Positions 55,031 to 64,000 of a DNA stretch of 64,000 nt are shown here, piece by piece; the stretch's first letter is position 1, and each line of letters begins with the position of its first letter. The stretch lies in NCBI GenBank assembly GCA_009914755.4, contig CP068257.2, positions 22,016,001-22,080,000 on the forward strand, given 5' to 3'. Origin of the DNA: the human T2T-CHM13v2.0 reference genome, Homo sapiens. The position numbers and the translations under genes were made by a program. Below the pieces are notes generated by a model, which did not search any database, was not told where the DNA came from, and saw nothing but the letters and a program-made list of their open reading frames with translations.

Positions 55031-58000
55031 AGCCAATTTATTATAATAAATCTGATATCTGAAATACATAAATTCACAGATATATGTTTATTTAAAGAAT
55101 CCTGACTGCCAGAGAGAAATTAAAATAGAAAAAATAGCTTTGGTGATTGGAGATAGTGATTTTAATTTTGTACTTCAGTTTCTCTTGCATCTATACTAAT
55201 AGATCTTTGGTTTAGCAAAAATAAAGGGGGTGGAGATATTAATGAGGAAGGATAGTTAAGTCTTTTAAGAACCTGTTTAGACATGTCTCCTGAAAAATTA
55301 GTGCATATTATGTATGGAAATACTTGACTGCTAATTAGAACTGCTGCATAGTTCTTAAATAAAGACTGGATAAGTAGTCTGGTACTCCAGTTTCTATCCT
55401 TCATCAACTTCTAACTCAGTTTGCAAATTTTGAGATTCTCCTTAAAGTTTTCTTGTGCTTCCTATCTCTAATTTTGTTGACATGGAAGAATAAGCTCTTT
55501 TGATTATATTTTTTCAGTAGTCATGATGATTAGTTTTGAAATGGGAGAGTTCCCTGATCAGCCTCACAGGACAGGTGATGGGCTGTGTTTCATCTATTTG
55601 GTCACTACCATTGCTCAAACCTCTGACAGGAGTGGGGACATGCAGACAGGCAGGTGCAGGAGCCAGCGCACTGGGCTCTGGCCCCACAGCAGTGTGCAGG
55701 GGTGGGAGCTTGTGACTCCCATGTTACAATACTCTTTTAGCTCTGCCATCCACAGACCACCTAAGTGGTCTCAGGTGTGTCTTTGTTAGCAGTGTGAAAA
55801 CAGACTAACGGCCCCTCTGCCTTTCTGCAAGGGCAGAGGGCCAGTGTGACAGCTTTCTATATCCTGAGCTTTTGTCCAGCACCCCGGAAGAATCAGGTCA
55901 CACACAGATTTGAAGGATAAATACAGAGGTTTTCTTTAGTGGTGGAGGTGGCTTTCAACAGGATGGATGGGGAGCTGGAAGGGGGATTGAGTGGGCAAGT
56001 GATCTTCTGCTGGATAGCCAAACTCCTCTCTGACTGCCCCCAGCCAAACGCCTCTCAGCGTTCAGACATTCCTTCTCTTCTCTCTTTCTCTGCCATGCCA
56101 TTCCCCTGTTCAACTGCTTGTCTTCTCACCTCCTCATCTTCTCATCTGTTTATCTGCTTCTGGAGCCTTTTTATGGGTACAAGATTGCGGGATGTGGAGG
56201 GCTAAAGGCAACATTTTGGGCACAAAAACAGGAATGCCTCTCCCAATTTAGGGCCACAGGTCTCCAGGCTTGAGGGTGTGGTCTTTGCTGGGGAACCACC
56301 CTCTTCTATCCAGTATTTCCCTGTCTCCTGTCTGTATTAGTTTCATATGCACATTGATTGATTCATTCATTCAAAACAATTTTAACTAAGGGCCCAAGAA
56401 ACTTCAGTCTTTCTTCTGAGCACTAACACAGGGCAGTGAGAATGAGAGTCAAGACTTCCATTCTCAGGAAGCTTAGAGGGAGTCAAGGAGAAAAACAATA
56501 AATGAGTGAAAAAACAAATGTATATGATAATTTCAAATTGTGATAAAATCTGGAAATAAATAAGGGTTATGAAAGAAAATGGGAGTTGTTCTATTTCATT
56601 GTTAGGAAAGTTCTTTCTAAGAAGTTCACAATTTAGATGAAACATGAATTGTATAAAGAAACCAGTGAAGTCCTGAATTGAAGACAAAGCCAAACGAACA
56701 AGTAAATTAGAGGTGAATTTAGAATGCTGAAGAAACAGATCTCTTCCTCATCAGGCCTGATCAGCAAGAATTCCCATTCATGATCCTCCATGCTCTGTCT
56801 ACATTCAAGCAATGGCAACCTTGAAAGTTATCTGTGGAAGCTGATGGAGGCTTTACTTAAAATGTCTAGACTACTGATTTACCTTTTGAGGAGGGTTACA
56901 AAATAATAAGAAAATAATACTTACTGTATGTGAGCAAGAAATAATCATTTACTGTATTGTATCACTGCAATTCTGAGATGTATCTTTTACATTAGCCAGA
57001 ATTGCCTATATTAATACAGTCAAAAATTTGGGTTTTTATTAAGTGTCATGAGAATATGTTAACAGACCTCAAGCAGGGTAAGTAATATGATTTGGTCTTT
57101 GTTGTTATGCTACCACTCTGCTGAGTGGCAACGGTTTGTAGAGGAACAAGGGCAAGAGATTAATTAGGAATAAGATAATCAAAAGCTGACAATAGCATGG
57201 ACTAGGGTAGTTGCTACAGAGATAGAAGGAAATACACATGTTCTGTGTTTTTTTCAAGGTAAGTATAAAAGACCTGAAAGATAGACAGGATGTGGAGGTA
57301 ACTTACAGAGAGTGATAAAGGATGATGTTTTTCTCTAAGTTTCATGTTTTGAGCAATGAGATGAATGTCGGTATTAATTTTTCAATGGGAAGACAGAAGA
57401 ATACAGTAAAAGTGTATTTTTTGATGGGTTTTTGTGACATCCAGGGCCAATATTAGTGTATCTTTGTGTTGTGACCCATCCATAGACATTTCTGTTAATG
57501 CTGGGATTTGGAGGAAGGTGTTAAGGAGAAAATCATTGATAAAGAAACTTCTCAAGTTTAAGTGAAATAAGACCTATTACTTTTCTTACTTCAGTCAATA
57601 TAATTGAACCTAAAAATACCTGCAAAAAATGTCCTTAATAAAGGCAATAGAAAATTAGCAAGTGTAATTATTAAGGAAATGACTGAAGTAGGCACTAATC
57701 AGGACTTAAAGTCAAGACTCGTTGCAAACTTTGCCTATGATCTTCACCAGTTTTCTCACCTTGATTAAGTCTCTTGCCACGTCTGATTAAGTCTCTTTAA
57801 CAATAAATAGAGCAGACTTATTTCTCTGAATAAGCTTCTTATAATCATTAAAAATAAAAAGTCATGAGAAAACATCTCACAAATTACAAAACACTATAAA
57901 ATATAAGTAAAAGTTTCTATTACTTTTAAAATAAATACTAGAATTCAAAGTAACTTCCAGTTTTTTAAATTAACATGTTGTGTTTTTTTGTTGCTAAAAT

Positions 58001-58410
58001 GACATTTTTACCATGAATAATTGTGTAGCAAACAGAATACATGAATAATGGGTGGAAAGCATCAATGTAATTTCAGAAAAACAAACAAGCAAACAAATTA
58101 ACTATAGCATTTCCCAGAAGAATTTCCATGGACATAGTGATTTTCAGAGTTAATATCTTTTGGAAGGGTGGGAAAAGCTTCAAGGTGTAATTAATTCTAT
58201 ACCTAAGTCTCAATTTTGCCAAAGAACAATTCATGAATTAACATGAAGAATGTACATAACTGATATTTTAAAAAAATAGGTAGAAATGCATACAATCTAT
58301 TTTATAACTACTGGGGAAAAATACCTTTGATTTAATTTTCAAAAATGGCCTAATACTACAGACATAACAAAGCATTGTGAAGAGATCATACAGTGCATGC
58401 TTGGTGTGAT

Positions 58411-58549
58411 CAATGCAAGTACTAATGTTGCTTCCTGTCTGATAAAGACAGAGGATACACATAGTAAGTAAATGAATGAATCAATGCAAGTACTAGTGTT
58501 GCTTCCTGTCTGATAAAGACAGAGGATACACAGAGTAAGTAAATGAATG
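58411..58549. repeat. recent tandem duplication (2 x ~71 bp)
   Basis: copy 1 is 'caatgcaagtactaatgttgcttcctgtctgataaagacagaggatacacatagtaagtaaatgaatg' (58411-58478, plus 'aat'). Copy 2 is 'caatgcaagtactagtgttgcttcctgtctgataaagacagaggatacacagagtaagtaaatgaatg' (58482-58549). There are 2 mismatches in 68 bp. Confidence 0.95.
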
Positions 58550-58989
58550 TGGTAATTGTGACAATACAACGGCAGTTCAGAATCCAAAATACATTTCAAA
58601 ATATCAGAAGTTTACAGTTCAATTTTGAGGCATATTTTATATATCTCAAAGTTGAATTGTGGATTTGTGGATTATATACCTAGCAGAGAGTGAAAGAAAA
58701 CCAACAAAAACAAACATGCAAAACAATGGACCTGTCTTAACATCCAAAATAGCTCCCCAAACCCTTTTCTGGTGTTCACACCCTTGACTATGGACTGAAC
58801 TTCATGGTGACTCACTGCTAGCAAATAAAGTGATGAATTCAAAAGTAATAAGATGTCACTTCTGAGACTAAGTTACAAAAATAATTGTGTCTTCTATCTT
58901 CCTAGCTATTTCTTCCCTCCCCTTGGAACCCTGCCTCTGGAAGAAGCCAGCAATTATTTATGAGTGATTCTATGGAGAAACCAGGCAAC

Positions 58990-59220
58990 AGCCACACGAG
59001 TGAGCTCAAAGGGGATCTCACTGGAAATGGTTGCCATCAATACTGGAAATGGCTACTATCTCCACCTATGTACTGATAGCATCCTCAGGACAGATCTTGA
59101 ATTCGAGCCACCCTGTTAAGCTACACCTGAGTTTTTGACCTATAGATGCTGAGATAAAGAATAATTGGTGTTTTAAGCCACTATGTGTTAGGGTAACAAT
59201 TTATTACTTACGATAAATAA
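58990..59220 (+). mobile_element. MLT1-type MaLR LTR, 3' fragment
   Basis: '...agcatcctcaggacagatcttgaattcgagccaccctgttaagctacacctgagtttttgacctatagatgctgagataaagaataattggtgttttaagccactatgtgttagggtaacaatttattac' matches the MLT1 3' end ('...cctcagaagaaaccaaccctgctgacaccttgatcttggacttccagcctccagaactgtgagaaaataaatttctgttgtttaagccacccagtctgtggtattttgttatggc'). Confidence 0.65.
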
Positions 59221-59317
59221 CAAATAATGGCCTTTTTAGCTAAAACCATCTAATTTACTGTAAAATTTTGATTTTAAATTATCTTCACAAAATGCTTAAG
59301 AAAGCTATATATATGTG

Positions 59318-59395
59318 TGTGTGTGTTTATATATGTGTTTATATATTCATATATCTTTATGTATGTATAAACCAATGTTTATATCTTAAGCTTTT
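59318..59395. repeat. low-complexity (TA)n/(TG)n tract
   Basis: 'atatatatgtgtgtgtgtgtttatatatgtgtttatatattcatatatctttatgtatgtataaaccaatgtttatatc'. Confidence 0.8.
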
Positions 59396-60164
59396 TGTGT
59401 TCCTCAAAATCTGAAAACAAAATTAACTGTTTTATGAAAGAGAAAAAAGGCATACTTATTATACAGAAGAAAAATTGGTAGGCAACTGTTGACACTATTA
59501 TGTGAACAACAGTCATCTTTTTAAGACTTTTAAAATTATTTTGAAGAAGATATTTTCCCCTAAACCTTTCAGTTTCAAAAGGTTTTGAATATAAAACAAC
59601 TGCTGAAATAAAGCATTGACATTTAAACATTAACAGAGCTTCAAAACTCTGTTAATGGGGGAAAAGTTGTGCATATAGGCTAATGTCAGGAGTGCAATAT
59701 TCTTGCTAAATTCTAAAAGCAGCTTTCTGGTCTAAATTTAGGGCTACTGGCAGTGGATCCAACGTTAGATGGGGATTTGAGAAAACAGTTGTTTCAGCCA
59801 CACATATAAGCCAGGAGAGTGTTGGCAAGAGTAACTTCCACACAAAACCATGACAGAGAAGGAAACAAAAAGATTCCTGACATTTAGACCAGTTGGAGAT
59901 AATGTGTCACAAACAAGTAACTACAAATACATGTTTCTAAACAAGGCAGTGATAATTTCTCAACCAGTTGGCTGTTAAAACAAACTCTGCTGTTCCTTTC
60001 TATTTTCCTTCACATTCTTTGCGTATTGGTCCTTCCATCTGGCTTACTTTTTTGGACCCAGATCCAGGAGGGCATTTTCCCATAAAGCTTGATAGAGGAT
60101 AAGCTGCAAAAGCAATCTCTGTACATGGTAATTCCAGTAGTCCAATGTGAAACACGGAAGAACA

Positions 60165-60345
60165 ATTATTCAGCCCACATTTGTTTCCCTGGCAGCTCTC
60201 TGAGACCTCTTTTTATAAGGTCACTAATTCCATTCATGAGGGCTCCACCCTCATGATCTAACCAACAACCAAAAGCCCACTTTCAACATGTTGTCACGTT
60301 ATTGATTAGATTTTAACATATGAATTTTGAAGAGACACGAACATT
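60165..60345 (-). mobile_element. MLT1-type MaLR LTR fragment, antisense
   Basis: 'ctggcagctctctgagacctctttttataaggtcactaattccattcatgagggctccaccctcatgatctaaccaacaaccaaaagcccactttcaacatgttgtcacgttattgattagattttaacatatgaattttgaagagacac' is the same segment seen at 4200-4370 ('...ctctctggtgtctctttttctaaagatattaattctgtc...ataccatcacattgatggtcagaattttgagggtggg') and in the reverse complement of the MLT1 consensus ('...cttcttataagga/gcactaatcccattcatgagggctccaccctcatgacctaat...catcacattggggattaggatttcaacatatgaattttggggg'). Confidence 0.65.
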
Positions 60346-63176
60346 TGGATCACAGAAGGAAGCTTTATATGGCAGTTCAAATTCAAATTCTGGACTTGGA
60401 CAACCCAAACACGGCCCCAGCATGACTTGGCAATCACTTTCTTTACAAATTGAGGTGTTCTGATTTTTCAGAACATTCTGATTATTCAGAAATAATGAAT
60501 GTGCATTACTGACAGCATCAGAAAGTAGTAATTATAAATGTTAAACTGCGTATATTTGGAACTTATATCTCTGTAAATAATATGTAACCATGGAACATGA
60601 TAGCAGTTCCTAAAGTTTAACTAAACTAGCTTACGATTTATAAAAAAACATCACCCTATCGAATATTTTTTATTTAGAGATTGAGCTTTTGAGTAGCACC
60701 CCCTTACCTCAGCTTTATAAACATGTTCCTGAATATGTTTTGAAAAGTCTTTCTTTAGGTTTTGTCAATACCTACATTTATTATTCTAATTTATCTACTG
60801 GTTCCAGCTCCCAAAATGGACTGAGTTAGTAGTTTGAATTTAAAATTTTAACTTTATCATGATTAAATTATTTAAAATGCAACAATTTCAAGTTTTGGTA
60901 TGTGCAAAATACAGTAATAGAGGTTCAGTGCAAATCCATACAGAGGAAATGAGGATGTTAGCCAGCTTTGTTAAATCTGTAAATGTGTTTAAGAGCTTTC
61001 TTTATGCTATTGTTCCCCCATGCTGTGGAAGTCCATAAGCATTTCATAAACCTTTATCTGGACAAAATAAAAAAGCAGGCCAGTAGTCAGGATCTTGATG
61101 TCATGCTCAATAAGGCAAAGTGTGAGGAAAAAGAAAGAAACTAAAAGCTGCAAGAGATTGTGCTGAGTGGGAAAATACGGCTTTTCTTGTTTTGTTACTC
61201 TTCATTTCAACAAGGCATACTGTGATATAATTTAAAGTGGAAAATCGATGTGGGTAAATAAAACTTTTTAACTTTTATGTTTGGATTTTATATTTGAGAT
61301 TTTTCATTTATTTACTCAGTAAAAATAGTTGAATGTCAACTATACAGTCAATCCAATGCAAAGCTCCTGAAGGATAGTGAATTTCTTTTACTTTTAGGTT
61401 ATAGACAAAAGGGTTGCTTGACTGCAGAGTGTTTTATTCCCCCTAAGAGTACAAGAATTAGAATATGTGTTTTGGAATGTGAACCATGGTGAAGCTAAGA
61501 TGTGTCTTCAATAAGGAGAATATATGGACCTGGTTTTGTGAACAGAATGATGGGTTGGTTTCTGGGTCTTGAGAGTAAAGAGGAAAGAGAAAAAAACAGT
61601 GGTGATATTTCAGGAAACAAGCTACATTCTACTAAAGGCAGAAACTGACTTCCCAGTAATTGCAAGAGCACAGCTTGAGATTCAGAGAGCTTGAACCAAA
61701 GTATTAATCTGAGCACCTGGAAGACCATAGAGCCAATTGAGTTGATACCAAAACCTGCAAACAAGAGTACTGTATAGTCCTTCGGTTAGCATATTCAACA
61801 CAAATTCTTATCCCTATGCCAACTCTTAACCATGGAGGTAGCTATTTAAAATATTTTCCGCCAGGATTTGCAGTTTTAGTATCTAATGTACAATTAAATA
61901 CTTATTAATTTTACTCTAAGTTTCAGTTGAGAGTTTACACAGGTAAGGAGCATTTGGATATTCGATGTATATTTTCTGAGATGTGATTATTGTTACTCTA
62001 GCTAAGGAGAGTGTTTCTCCACAACTTACTGGTGTACTAACAAAGCCATGTTTGGTGCTTCCATTCTTAGTGGTGATAATGACTTTGCAGGGTTTCTCCC
62101 TCTTTTTCGGTTTCTCCCTCTTTTTCAATTTCTCTGAAATCTGGCTCACTTAAAGTTTCATTATAATTATTAGATAAAAAGCAAGGTAGTCACTTTTCAG
62201 GAAATGAAAGATTTCTGGTATTCATAAAATTTAAGTGTCTTGGCAGATATTAAGGTAACATTTCCCTAATTATTATTAAATTGAATTTTTCTAAGCCAAA
62301 ATGACCTTAAAATAAGGAAAACATTTATTTGCTCCAAGTAAACTTTCTATGCCTTATCACAACACTCTTCTCCCTTTAATTATCTCTTGACATGCCCAGT
62401 AAGGTCAAGTTTGTCAGAAAACTTGCACGGATCTTTTTTACATTTACTGATGAAGGCATTGCAAACATTATCCTAGCAGGAATAACAGAAACTCAGGATA
62501 TTTTTATTTACAGGGCCCCCTGTCTTGAATTCCTCCTTCTACGCTGTGCTAAACTGCTAATTTCTCACTTCATTCCATGACTTTATCAAGCCTTAAACTG
62601 AGTAAATTGTGTTCATTGTTTTAGATTCACCTTGATGTGCACAGTTATTCATGCTGGCTCTGGATCCAATAGACCAGCAACTGTGCTCATTTAATCTTGG
62701 CTTAACCATTTCTGGCATCTCGCTTCTGTCACTGGCCAGTATCTCTTACTGGAAAGTCTCCCAGCTAGACATGATCTGCCGATCAGTCTAAAGCTATCAT
62801 CTGATATGTTTCCCAAGTCCTGAAATTTTTGCCTTCTGACTCTGTTGGGCTTTCTTTCAATACTATGCTATGCTTTACTTGTAACAGCCTTTGCTATGAG
62901 CAAATCAAATTATCCTGTTTCTATTTCTCTGTGGTCCTGATGTTACCTAAGAGGTAAAATTTGTAAAGTGCTAATTACTTCATACAGGATCAGAGAGTTA
63001 GAGAGTCCTATGGGAATTTAGAATTCCCCAAGTTCCGTTGTTTCCAGAAAACTGGAGCTATTACTTGTTCCCAGTCACATAATTTATTATGACTAAAGGT
63101 ATGTCTCAAAAACAGGATGCAAGGTTTCAGTCTATTTTTTTCTATAATACTACACTGAAGTAATATAATCACATTA

Positions 63177-63504
<328 letters not shown>

Positions 63505-64000
63505 CTACATACGGAAATTGAGCCACTATTAGAAGGGGTTTCCTGGAGGAGGTTCAGGAAAAGCCAAGAATCTCTTGACAACTTATTTGGTGTCATTTAT
63601 TCAACTGTCAGTAAGCTTGGAAAAATAAAACAAGTATTGCAAAAGAAAAAAAAAGATAATATTGAGAAATGATAAGAAATGCCAAAAACAAGTTGCTAAA
63701 TTAATGTACAAATAAATGTCAAGTATGACATTTGTTTTACTTCTTTCTTCAATAAGTACTACTGTAAGTTGCTGCAATGTCTTCATCCTTCTCAGTAGAG
63801 CTGCCAAAAGTCTGATAGGTCTCCACTCACTTTTACTTATTTCAAGACAGCAGTCATTTGTTTGCTAATTCCTTAATCCCATTGTGATTGAGTATCTCTG
63901 AAATGTACAGGCAATCTTTATTTTGTTTAGTTGCCTCAGAATTAAATTGCCCCAGGTATGAAAATCCATGACACAAATAATCAAAAGTAAGAGAGCAGAG

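Noticed and set aside
55523-56205. Two 88-aa plus-strand ORFs in a moderately GC-rich block (55520-56340)
   Set aside because: I could not assign the block to a repeat family or a gene. The ORFs are short, have different frames or strands, and lack splice or start context. This is insufficient support to call an exon. The block is probably an old, unclassified repeat.

Overview
This window is not prokaryotic. It is primate (almost certainly human) nuclear genomic DNA, AT-rich and with strong CpG depletion. It contains about 17 Alu SINEs in both orientations, several of them with recognisable target-site duplications. There are two L1 ORF2-derived LINE fragments and many MaLR-family retrotransposon LTRs (THE1/MST/MLT1 type), one of which is a complete ~2.2 kb THE1/MST-like element with both LTRs. 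There are also several microsatellites and minisatellites, including (TG)n, (GAAA)n and (AAAAT)n, and one recent 71-bp tandem duplication. I could not support any protein-coding gene, rRNA, tRNA or CRISPR array. The six-frame ORFs supplied are short and mostly lie inside repeats; many are the familiar Alu-antisense peptide '...SPRLECSG...[25 protein letters not shown]...', and I treat them as spurious. No defence-system-like or operon-like organisation is present, so the expectation of a novel system is not met. The most interesting items are: a repeat-free block at ~45.3-46.2 kb that retains CpGs and carries an exon-like interval with canonical splice-site motifs; closely spaced inverted Alu pairs that could form hairpins or dsRNA; young AluY insertions with intact TSDs; and the full-length THE1-like element. 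All family assignments come from reading the sequence against consensus sequences I remember. No database search was run, and coordinates of repeat boundaries are approximate to about ±10 bp.
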